Positions 27,735 to 36,263 of a DNA stretch of 64,000 bases are shown piece by piece. The position numbers were made by a program, and so were the translations under genes. Under the pieces are notes generated by a model, which was not told the origin of the DNA, ran no database searches, and saw nothing but the letters and a program-made list of their open reading frames with translations. Source of the DNA: Candidatus Latescibacterota bacterium (GTDB lineage Bacteria; Latescibacterota; UBA2968; UBA8231). The stretch covers positions 864,001 to 928,000 of the forward strand of contig CBDCXV010000001.1 of NCBI GenBank assembly GCA_965223905.1, written 5' to 3'. The first letter of the stretch is position 1; each line of letters opens with the position of its first letter.

Positions 27735-30700
27735 TCAGGTGCTGCCTGCCGTCATGGCAGGGACCGGCCTCGCTTTCAAGGGCAGCGCCGCCCCTGCATC
27801 ACCGTCCCGGATTTTCCCTTGCCCGGCCGCGGCGGCGGCCACCCGGTCGCGCCAGGAGACCGGCACGCGCATGCGGCCCTCGTTCTTGCGGTCGAAGAGC
27901 AAGAACCCCTGGTCGAGGCCGTGGCGGAAGAGATCGCGGGTGAGCTGGACGTCGTGGCGGCAGTACTCCTCGATGAGATCAAGGCGGCCCTGTTTCCACC
28001 AGCGCAGCGCCTGCAGGCCGTCGGCGGTTTTCCGGGCGTCGAGGGTCGCCGTCGCCAGCCCCTGGAGACTGACGCGGTAGTTGAGGTGGGCGTGCACCTC
28101 GCGCAGGATGTCGAGGGTGTTGAGCTCGCGGAAGTCGTAGCGGGAGTAGCCGCGCAGGACGCTGTAGTCGAAGCCGATGACGTTGAAGCCGACGACGAGG
28201 TCGGCTCGCCGAAGCAACCCGATCAGCTCGTCGATGCGGTCCTCGAAGTAGGTGATGAAGCGGTCCTCGCGGCTGTCCCAGGCGATGCCGCACGATACCC
28301 GCATCAGGCTGGTCTTGTTCCAGCCTCCTACCTCGGCGGCGCTGAGCTGGGTTTCGAGATCGAACACCACGACGTGCGGGCTTTTTTCCGTCTCGAACCG
28401 GTTTTCCTCTTCTTGACAGTCCTCCCCGAGCTCCCAGTCCGCGAACAGGGGCGGCTCCTCTTCGATGGAGCTCACCGCCAGGGATTTCTCGTCGAGGCTG
28501 CGGCGCCCGGTGAGTATCTCGAGGAGGTGGATGCAGCCGGCCTTGTCGAGGGGGTGGTTGCCGGCGCCGCAGCTGGGAAAGTGGATGCAGGAGGGACAGC
28601 CCTCGTCGCAGTCGCAGCCGGCGACCATTTCCAGGGTGAGCTCGAACAGGCGGTCGAGCATGTCGTACCCGGTCTCGGCGAGGCCGATGCCCCCGGGGTA
28701 CTGGTCGTAGATGAAGATGGCGCCCTTTCCGAGCTGCGGGTGCAGCGGGTAACAGATGCCGCCGACGTCGGTCTGCTTGCTCAGGGCCAGCATCGGGAAC
28801 AGCGACTTCACCGCGTGCTCGACGGCGTGCAGCGATCCCATGTGGTGAAAGCCGTGGCGCTTGAGCTGCTTCTTGAAGGGGGCGTCCATCTCGATCCAGA
28901 AGCCGACGGTCTCGAACTGCTGCACCGGGCTTTCGAGAGGGTGGCGCCCGAGGATGGCCTGGTCGCCGACACGCACCTTCTCGTAGGCGATCACCTGCGA
29001 GCTGACGAGCAGCCGCCCGAGCCGGGCCATGTACCCGTGCATCGGCCTGGCGCGCTGCTCCTCGATGATCTCGGTCTCCTTTTCGTACTTGGGGCGGGTG
29101 TAGTAGGGGACGTCGACGGCCTCGGCCTCGATCTGCCGTTTGGCGGGATTGCGCGCGCCGATCAGGTACTGGCGCCCCCGGTGCAGGTAGACGGCCCCCT
29201 CGTAGCACTCGCCGTAGAGCTGGCCGCCGCTCACCGAACCGATGGTCCGCTGCCGGTGCACGATGTTCCAGGACTCGCCGATGGAGCGCATGTTGACCAG
29301 GCGGTGCGGCTGCCTGCGCGCCGCGAACCAGGCGTCGCCGTCGGCGCTGCGCAGCAGGGTTCCCGCGGCGGTGAGCTCGTCGAGCGCCTCGCGGTAGCCG
29401 GCGATGGCGTACTCCGGTTCGTCGCCGGCAAGCGGCAGCTCGCGCGCGGCGCAGGCGAGGTGGTCCTGGAGGATGTAGCGGTTCGATGGATCGGCGACGG
29501 CGTTCTCGACCCGGCGCTGGAAGACGTGGTGCGGATGGGCCATGAAGAACTGGTCGAGGGCGTCGCGGCCGGCGATGAGGAGCACCAGCGACTCGCGCCC
29601 GGAACGCCCGACGCGCCCGGCGCGCTGCCAGGTGTTGACGATGCTCCCCGGGTATCCGACCAGCACGCAGACGTCGAGACCTCCGATATCGATGCCGAGC
29701 TCCAGCGCCGAGGTGGAGACCACGCCGAGCAGCTCGCCGGAGACCAGCCGGGCTTCGATTTCGCGGCGCTCTTCCGGCATGTACCCGGCGCGGTACGAGC
29801 TGATGCGGTCGCGCAGGTCGGGGCGCGCCTGCGTCGCCCAGCGGTAGATGAGCTCGGTGACGACACGGGCCCGGGTGAACACGATGGAGCGGAACCCCTG
29901 CGACACGCTCAGCTGCAACAGCCGGGCGGCCGCGGTATTGGGGCTTTCCTGGGGGTTGAGGAAGAGGAAGTGCCGCGCCGCCGCGGGGGCCCCGCTTTCG
30001 GTGATCGCGGTGAATTCGCGGTTGCAGAGCCTGGCGGCGAACTCGGCCGGATTGCCGATGGTGGCCGAGCAGGCGATGTACCGGGGGTCGCCCCCGCAAG
30101 AGGCGCAGATGCGGTTGAGCCGCCGGACCAGGTGCAGGACGTGGCTGCCGAAGATGCCGCTGTACGCGTGCAGCTCGTCGAGCACGACGAAGCGGAGATT
30201 GGCGAGGAAGCTTTCCCAGGTTTCGCGGAAGGCCAGGATGCCGCCGTGCAGCATGTCCGGGGTGGTGATGAGGATGTGGGGCGGATCCTCCCTGATTTTC
30301 CGGCGCTCGTGGGGCTTGGTGTCGCCGTCGTAGATCTCGGCCCGCAGCCCCTCTCCTGAACCGCCGTTGAGCTCGGCCAGCAGCGACTGCAGCTCCGCGT
30401 GCTGGTCCTGCTCGAGCGCCTTGAGGGGAAAGACGTAGAGGGCGCGCCCGCCGGGATCGGCCAGCAGCGACGAGAGCACCGCGGCGTTGTAAATCAGCGA
30501 CTTGCCCGAGGCGGTCGGAGTCGCGACGACGACGTTGCGGCCCTCGCCGATGTGACGGAGCGCCTCTTCCTGGTGGCTGTAGAGGCGGGCGACAGCTGCC
30601 GCTTCGACGACGCGGGCGACCCCGGGACCGAGGTGATCGATCCGTTCCGCCAGTCGGCCGGGCTGCGCAGGGAGGGTGCGCTCATGGACGATCTCCTCCC

Positions 30701-31025
30701 CCGCTACGGTCCGCTTGAGCTGATCGATGTAATCGGACAGGGGTACCGAGCCGGGGGTTGGGGCGGAGAACCGGACGGGGCAGGCGCCGTCCGCCGATGG
30801 CGTGGGGAGTGCCTCGGCGGTCGGGCCCTTTCGCGACCCTGCCGCGGGAGTCTCCTTGCCCGGGAAAGCCGGCAGATCCCCGGGATCGAGCCTGCGGATC
30901 TGCTCGATGCGGTCGCGCAGACCCCCGGCCGCGGTCCGCTGCTCCGGCTCGGGGGGCGGTTCGGACAGGCGGCCGTCTGCCGGCGGATCCTCGGGGAACT
31001 CCGAGGGATCGATCCTGCGAATCAT
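27735..31025 (-). CDS. DEAD/DEAH helicase with DUF1998 (Hrq1/SftH/MrfA-like) fused to a C-terminal RNase H-like (YprB/MrfB-like) exonuclease
   Basis: Helicase motifs TPTASGKS, DELH, SAT, ELGIDIG and QRAGRVGR. DUF1998 Cys cluster CDCDEGCPSC. Then VVFDLET...GFNVIGFD...YCRHDV. Start codon uncertain. Confidence 0.88.
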   Translation of the reverse strand: MIRRIDPSEFPEDPPADGRLSEPPPEPEQRTAAGGLRDRIEQIRRLDPGDLPAFPGKETPAAGSRKGPTAEALPTPSADGACPVRFSAPTPGSVPLSDYIDQLKRTVAGEEIVHERTLPAQPGRLAERIDHLGPGVARVVEAAAVARLYSHQEEALRHIGEGRNVVVATPTASGKSLIYNAAVLSSLLADPGGRALYVFPLKALEQDQHAELQSLLAELNGGSGEGLRAEIYDGDTKPHERRKIREDPPHILITTPDMLHGGILAFRETWESFLANLRFVVLDELHAYSGIFGSHVLHLVRRLNRICASCGGDPRYIACSATIGNPAEFAARLCNREFTAITESGAPAAARHFLFLNPQESPNTAAARLLQLSVSQGFRSIVFTRARVVTELIYRWATQARPDLRDRISSYRAGYMPEERREIEARLVSGELLGVVSTSALELGIDIGGLDVCVLVGYPGSIVNTWQRAGRVGRSGRESLVLLIAGRDALDQFFMAHPHHVFQRRVENAVADPSNRYILQDHLACAARELPLAGDEPEYAIAGYREALDELTAAGTLLRSADGDAWFAARRQPHRLVNMRSIGESWNIVHRQRTIGSVSGGQLYGECYEGAVYLHRGRQYLIGARNPAKRQIEAEAVDVPYYTRPKYEKETEIIEEQRARPMHGYMARLGRLLVSSQVIAYEKVRVGDQAILGRHPLESPVQQFETVGFWIEMDAPFKKQLKRHGFHHMGSLHAVEHAVKSLFPMLALSKQTDVGGICYPLHPQLGKGAIFIYDQYPGGIGLAETGYDMLDRLFELTLEMVAGCDCDEGCPSCIHFPSCGAGNHPLDKAGCIHLLEILTGRRSLDEKSLAVSSIEEEPPLFADWELGEDCQEEENRFETEKSPHVVVFDLETQLSAAEVGGWNKTSLMRVSCGIAWDSREDRFITYFEDRIDELIGLLRRADLVVGFNVIGFDYSVLRGYSRYDFRELNTLDILREVHAHLNYRVSLQGLATATLDARKTADGLQALRWWKQGRLDLIEEYCRHDVQLTRDLFRHGLDQGFLLFDRKNEGRMRVPVSWRDRVAAAAAGQGKIRDGDAGAALPLKARPVPAMTAGST

Positions 31026-31390
31026 GCGGTTTTTCGATGCTCCTGCTGAGGCTTGCCGGCCGAGGGGGGAGGGGAGGCCGGCAAGCTGCACTTCTGGACA
31101 AGTGCCCGCAAGTATACTACCGGAGATCGATCCTTGGCAAACGAAATTCGCGCTGGCAACCAGTTGCCGCCGGAGACCTGCCCGAGATTATCGGAGGCCG
31201 TGCCCCGATTCGAATGGACACCGATCCGCCAAGGACGTGCTGCTCGCCGGAACCGAAGGCCGTCACGGTCGCGGGCTGCGTCGCCGCCGGCCTTGCGGAT
31301 GAAACGGCGCGGTCTCCAACTGTGCGCCTGACAGGTCGAAGCGGGAAAAGGGCGGCTCCTCCATCGGCGGTGCGCCGGGCGTTTGGAGCG

Positions 31391-31825
31391 TCAGGTCGTC
31401 CAGTTCTCCACAGCGAGGTCTTTAATCCGTCTGAAGTGCCGGGTATTGTTGCTGACCAGCGTCGCCTGCAGGGCCAGGGCGTGGGCGGCAATCAGGAGGT
31501 CCATGGCTCCGATGACCTGCCCCTTTTGTTCCAGCTCTCTGCGGACCTTCCCGTAAAACCGGGCGCACTGGTCCGGGTCGAAAGCGTATTCGTCGAATGG
31601 GGCGAGGATTTTCTCCAGGGCGCCGCGTTCTTTTTGCGGGGATGCCGACCGCTCGACGCCGTATTCGAGCTCGGCCATGGTGAGGGCCGAGATGCCGACG
31701 AAGTCGCCCGGTGTAGAAGACCGGGCCCTGATCCTTGCGACGAACCGTTGCGTCTTTGCCGAGGGGCCGCGTTTGAGGGAACGGATCAGAAAGATGACGA
31801 TGTCCGTGTCGAGCAGGTAGATCAT
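31391..31825 (-). CDS. vapC: VapC PIN-domain toxin
   Basis: Motifs MIYLLDTD, TMAELEYG and IGAMDLLIAAHALALQATLVSNN.RHF. Confidence 0.92.
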   Translation of the reverse strand: MIYLLDTDIVIFLIRSLKRGPSAKTQRFVARIRARSSTPGDFVGISALTMAELEYGVERSASPQKERGALEKILAPFDEYAFDPDQCARFYGKVRRELEQKGQVIGAMDLLIAAHALALQATLVSNNTRHFRRIKDLAVENWTT

Positions 31826-31826
31826 C

Positions 31827-31990
31827 AGGACCCCGTGGCAAGACTCCATTCGGGCCGCGGCCGGCTCCCGCGGCCGGTTTCCGCGTTGCACCCGATCAGC
31901 GCATTTCTCCCAATGCGCCTCACTCGCGCGCCCTTATCCCGGCCACAATCGCTCAACCTCGCCATCAAGCCAACCTCACCATGGGTTCCT
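31827..31990. mobile_element. 164-bp MITE-like insertion between vapB and vapC
   Basis: Imperfect terminal inverted repeats AGGACCCCGTGG / AGGAACCCATGG (reverse complement). 3-bp target duplication ATC at 31824-31826 and 31991-31993. Confidence 0.75.
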
Positions 31991-32213
31991 ATCCGAAGAC
32001 CCGCTCCTGGATTTCGGGCTGGTCGCGCTCCGCGGTGAAGTCGTCCGAAATCTCCCGTACGCCTTCCGCGAAGAGGTCCCAGGGATCTTTCTGCGTGATC
32101 AGGACCCCGAGGGCTGTCTTCTTGATGTAAACCTCGCTGCCCTCGAAACGAAATTCGCGCGGCAACCTGACGGCTTGGCTCCTGCCGTTCTTGAAGAGTT
32201 TGGCGGTCCGCAT
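31989..32213 (-). CDS. vapB: VapB (AbrB/MazE-fold) antitoxin
   Basis: Sequence MRTAKLFKNGRSQAVRLPREFRF, with RBS AGGAGAGG. Confidence 0.92.
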   Translation of the reverse strand: MRTAKLFKNGRSQAVRLPREFRFEGSEVYIKKTALGVLITQKDPWDLFAEGVREISDDFTAERDQPEIQERVFG

Positions 32214-32225
32214 GCGCACCTCTCC

Positions 32226-32254
32226 TATATTGATATATCACAGATAATATATAC
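32226..32254 (-). promoter_or_regulatory. vapBC promoter/operator (AT-rich palindrome)
   Basis: Perfect palindrome TGATATATCA (32231-32240) and a second ATATAT element just upstream of the vapB RBS, typical of TA autorepression. Confidence 0.55.
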
Positions 32255-32496
32255 CGTATTTCTCCATTCAGCCAACCGCAGGTTCTGACCGATTCCATCA
32301 TTCGACTCGATGCTCCTGCGATCTGGCAGGAAGATTCGGGCATGCGAGACAGGGCACAGGCAAATCGTTAGCTTGAGCGCACGATCCGACCGCAATCGCG
32401 ATACCCGGCGAGAGTCGCAGCGGGCCGCCGGAAGCGTGCAGTTTGCTATATGACTTGCTGTAATTAATCATGTTGACATGAACCCGGAGTGGCCGA

Positions 32497-34038
32497 ATGA
32501 ACAAGCCGAAACTGATCTATTACAACGACGCGCGGCACTACAGCTTCTACCGCTACGACCCGCCGATGAGCCTGCACCAGCTGCGGCAACCGGTCGACGA
32601 GCTGCTCGGCACCGGGGTAGATACCCTGTCCTACGGCCTGGCCTCGGGGCAGACCTTCTTTCACGACACCCGGGTGGGTGTGCAGTGGGGGGACGTCGAC
32701 GGCCGCCACAACCACGGGGTGATGTGGTGGCGGGCAGCCGAGAACGCCAGGCAGTCAATCGCGGCAGGCAACGACGTGCTGCGCGTGGTAGTCGAAAGGG
32801 CTCGCGAAAAGGGGCTGCAGGTACTGTGCAGCATGCGCATGAACGACTCGTCGACGGAATCCAACCTCTACATGATGAGCCGTCTCAAGCGCGAGCATCC
32901 CGAGGTGATGATCGGGGAGGAAGCCGCAGGCGGCCATCCGCACGCGGCCACCTGCGAGGATTACGCCCGTGCCGAGGTGCGCGAGGAGCGGCTGCGCCTG
33001 ATCGAGGAAGTCATGGGGTACGGCCCCTGCGGCCTGGAGATGGACCCCTACGTCGGGGTTTTCTTCCAGCCCTCCCGTGTGCGCGAGAACGCCGGCATAC
33101 TGACCGGGTTCGTGCGCGAGGTGCGCGCCATGTTCGACCGCCTCGGGCGGGAGCGGGGGGAGCGGCTCTGCCTTGCTTCGAGGGTGTACCCCGCGGAGGA
33201 GCAGAACCTCGGCATCGGCATGGACGTGCGCACCTGGATGCGAGAGGGGCTGATCGACCTGGTCGTACCCAATCCTCCGGGGCAGCTGTTTTGCCCGGAA
33301 ATGGACATCCGGTGGCTTCTCGACGCCGCCGGCGAAGCCGGGACCTGGGTGTACGTGCCGCTCGGCCGCGAGCCGTACGACGACCGCCACCAGTCGCCGA
33401 CCATCGAAATGCGGAGGGCCGCGGCCACCAATTTCCACGCCATGGGAGCGGACGGGGTGTACCTGTCCGACCTGAAGTGGCCGCACGACAACGACAGCCA
33501 CCAAGCGCTGCGCGAGCTCGGGGATCCCGACATCTACGCGCGCAAGAGCAAGCAGTACCTGGTGCCGGTGCGGGATGCGGAGCCGGATGAATTCGCCCCC
33601 GAGCGGCATCTGCCCAGGGAGCTGGACGAGGGTGTCGGCGCCGCGGTGCCGTTCCTGGTCGGCGACCGCCTGCGGGAAGCCGAGGCGGACGGAGAGATCG
33701 ACCGCGTCGAGCTGCGGGTGCGCATCGTTCAGTACTGCCCCGAGGACGAGCTGGCATTCACATTCAACGGAACGGAGATAACGCCGGCGCGGACCAGCCA
33801 TTTCTACGGCGGCCTGGTGTCGTACGGGGCCGCGCGCGGGGGTTTGCCGGAGCGCATCGACACCCATTACTGGTTCAGCTTCGACCTGCCGAGCGCCCTG
33901 GTGCTGGAGGGGGTGAATGAGCTGCAGGTGGTGTTGAAGCGGCGGTATGCCCCGCTGCAATCGACGCGGGTGCTGCAGTCGGTGGAGCTGCGGATCGACT
34001 ACGTCGAGCCGTTCGCCACCGTCGGCGGGCAGATGTAA
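32497..34038 (+). CDS. GHL10/DUF187-like glycoside-hydrolase-like protein
   Basis: Motifs LIYYND, SMRMND, DYARAEVRE, GLEMD and MDVRTWMREGLIDLVVP. Confidence 0.65.
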   Translation: MNKPKLIYYNDARHYSFYRYDPPMSLHQLRQPVDELLGTGVDTLSYGLASGQTFFHDTRVGVQWGDVDGRHNHGVMWWRAAENARQSIAAGNDVLRVVVERAREKGLQVLCSMRMNDSSTESNLYMMSRLKREHPEVMIGEEAAGGHPHAATCEDYARAEVREERLRLIEEVMGYGPCGLEMDPYVGVFFQPSRVRENAGILTGFVREVRAMFDRLGRERGERLCLASRVYPAEEQNLGIGMDVRTWMREGLIDLVVPNPPGQLFCPEMDIRWLLDAAGEAGTWVYVPLGREPYDDRHQSPTIEMRRAAATNFHAMGADGVYLSDLKWPHDNDSHQALRELGDPDIYARKSKQYLVPVRDAEPDEFAPERHLPRELDEGVGAAVPFLVGDRLREAEADGEIDRVELRVRIVQYCPEDELAFTFNGTEITPARTSHFYGGLVSYGAARGGLPERIDTHYWFSFDLPSALVLEGVNELQVVLKRRYAPLQSTRVLQSVELRIDYVEPFATVGGQM

Positions 34039-34108
34039 GCGAGGGAGTAGTCGAGAACCGCAGGTTGCGGCGGCGAATAACCGGGGCGGAAGGACAGGGT
34101 GGGCCGGG

Positions 34109-34483
34109 CTAGGTCCTGACCAGGATCGTTCCCATCGTCGAGATCCAGGTGACGAACATCAGGCCGATGAGCCAGTAGAAGCGGGTGTTCATCTCTTTCC
34201 GCAGCAGCTCGATTTTCAAATCGAGTCTTGCCTCGAGTCCGTCGATTCTGGCGGCGAGTTTGTTGTCGCCCCCGTCGATTCTGGCGGTGAGGTTGCTGTC
34301 GAGTCCGTCGATTCTGGCGGTGAGTTTGTTGTCGCCCCCGTCGATTCTGGCGGTGAGCCTGGACTCGAACTCATCGATCTTGGAATCGAGACGTCGCACG
34401 TCCCCCTCGCTCAGCTCCAGTCGGCGATCGATCTGGAGAAGCACGTCGCGGGTCGTGAGTTCGGCGGAAGTCGGCTCGGACAT
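34109..34483 (-). CDS. Small coiled-coil repeat protein with C-terminal TM anchor (DUF1640/Bdr-like)
   Basis: Four 11-aa repeats with core LTARIDG, followed by RFYWLIGLMFVTWISTMGTILV. Confidence 0.7.
   Translation of the reverse strand: MSEPTSAELTTRDVLLQIDRRLELSEGDVRRLDSKIDEFESRLTARIDGGDNKLTARIDGLDSNLTARIDGGDNKLAARIDGLEARLDLKIELLRKEMNTRFYWLIGLMFVTWISTMGTILVRT
34233..34357. repeat. 33-bp intragenic tandem repeat, about 4 copies
   Basis: CCGTCGATTCTGGCGG recurs at 34239, 34272, 34305 and 34338. Confidence 0.9.
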
Positions 34484-34636
34484 GGGATTCTCTGCGGTAT
34501 CGGGTGGAAATATATGCAAAGGGCTTTGCTGCAAAAGCGGTGCCGCCGTTCCACCCGGGACAAACCAGTCGAAACCGAGGCTTCCGGACGTGTGCGGAAG
34601 GTGACGTTCGATAACTTGGCGTAACAGGAGAATGGG

Positions 34637-36004
34637 ATGTACAGCGAACTGCTCGCACAGCGAGAAGCGAAGAGGGATCCGATCTGCGTCGGCGTCATCG
34701 GCGCCGGCAAGTTCGGCAGCGGCCTGGTGGTGCAGCTCTCCAGGGTTCCCGGGATGCGCGCCGCCGCGGTAGCCGACCTGCGCCTTCAGCAGGCGCGCGA
34801 CGCCTACACCAGCTGCGGACTGGAAGCCGCCGCGGTCGTCGAAGCGCGGACAGCGGGGCAGGTCGACGACGCCGTTCGCCAGAGCCGCCCGGTGATCGCC
34901 GAGGACGCGAGCCTGATCGCGAGCGCCGGGTCCATCGACGTCGTGGTCGAGGCGACGGGGATTCCCGAGGCCGGGGCGGCCAACGCCACCGCCGCCATCG
35001 ACAGCGGCAAGCACCTGGTGATGGTAAACATCGAGACCGACGTGACCATCGGTGCCCTGCTGAAAGCAAGGGCGGACGAGGCCGGGGTGGTCTACACCCT
35101 GGTCGACGGCGACCAGCCCGGGTGCATCATGCACATGGTGGAATGGGCGCGCACCCTCGGTTTCGAGATCGTCGCGGCCGGCAGGGGGACGATCTACCTG
35201 AAGGGGGACAGGGAGGGGACCCCCGATTCGGCCGCGGCCCGTTTCCGGTTCGACGGAGAGACCCTGTCCCGGCGCCACATCAACCTGAAGATGTACAACT
35301 CCTTCCGGGACGGCACCAAGGCGCAGCTCGAGATGACGGCGCTGGCCAACATGACCGGCCTGCCCCCGGACGTGCGCGGCATGCACGAGCCCTCCTGCAA
35401 CCTCGAGGATATTCCGCGCGCCTTCAGCCTGAAGGAGGAAGGGGGGCTGCTGCAGCGGCACGGGGTCGTCGAGCTCGCCAACAGCGTCGCCGCGGACGGC
35501 GTCACCATGCTGCCGAACCCGCTGCTGATGGGGGTGTTCGCGGTGATTCGCGCCGACCACCCCTTCATCCGGGAGGACCTGGCGGCTTACGACTGCCTCC
35601 CGGGCGGGGACGGCAACTTCCTGCTCTACCGCCCCTACCACCTGGTGGCGGTGGAGGCGCCGATGTCGATCGCCCGGGCCGTCCTCTACGGCAAGCCGAC
35701 CGGGGCGCCGCGCGAGGTGCCGGTCGCCGAGGTGATCGCCGTGGCCAAGCGCGGCCTGAGGAAAGGGGAGAGGCTGGACGGCGGCGGCGGATTCACCGTC
35801 AACGGGGTCATCGAGAAGGCCGAGGTTGCGCGCCGCGACAGGCTGCTTCCCCTCGGACTGGCCAGCGGAATCGAGCTGTCGCGGGACGTCGCCGCGGGTG
35901 AGGCGATCTCTTGCCAGGACGTTATCCTGAACGAGGAGTCGCCGATCCTGAAGCTGCGTCGGGATCAGGACCGGCTGGTGGCCTCGAGGATGGCTGAAAG
36001 CTGA
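34637..36004 (+). CDS. NAD(P)-dependent homoserine-dehydrogenase-like oxidoreductase with SAF domain
   Basis: Motifs GAGKFG, VVEATG, DGDQPG, DGTK and YRPYHL. SAF domain AKRGL..GE.LDG.GG. Confidence 0.85.
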   Translation: MYSELLAQREAKRDPICVGVIGAGKFGSGLVVQLSRVPGMRAAAVADLRLQQARDAYTSCGLEAAAVVEARTAGQVDDAVRQSRPVIAEDASLIASAGSIDVVVEATGIPEAGAANATAAIDSGKHLVMVNIETDVTIGALLKARADEAGVVYTLVDGDQPGCIMHMVEWARTLGFEIVAAGRGTIYLKGDREGTPDSAAARFRFDGETLSRRHINLKMYNSFRDGTKAQLEMTALANMTGLPPDVRGMHEPSCNLEDIPRAFSLKEEGGLLQRHGVVELANSVAADGVTMLPNPLLMGVFAVIRADHPFIREDLAAYDCLPGGDGNFLLYRPYHLVAVEAPMSIARAVLYGKPTGAPREVPVAEVIAVAKRGLRKGERLDGGGGFTVNGVIEKAEVARRDRLLPLGLASGIELSRDVAAGEAISCQDVILNEESPILKLRRDQDRLVASRMAES

Positions 36005-36263
36005 CCGCACCAGGAGCCGGGAGGGGTAATGCGCCTGTCAGCAGGAACTCCGAGCGCGGCCGGCTCGATCAATGCCGGCAGGAGCGATCTCTGCCCTCCC
36101 GCGCAGCGCTCCGGGGCTTGGCAGCCCGTTGAATAAGTCCATCTGGGCTGCGGCCGGTCCGACACTCCGCACCAAGGCATCGATTTTCGAGGATATCCGG
36201 GTCGCGGGAGCCGCGCCGCAGGGCCACGGGTACGCACCGCAGCGGCGCCCGCTCCGCCGCCGG

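Noticed and set aside
26928-30359. Very long opposite-strand ORFs (26928..30359, 59497..63210, 38744..41083, most of 34109..36010)
   Set aside because: Antisense shadows of high-GC genes with strong third-position bias and no recognisable motifs.
34233-34357. Regularly spaced repeats as a possible CRISPR array
   Set aside because: The 33-bp period is in frame in a CDS, the 'spacers' are themselves repeated, and there are no cas genes.
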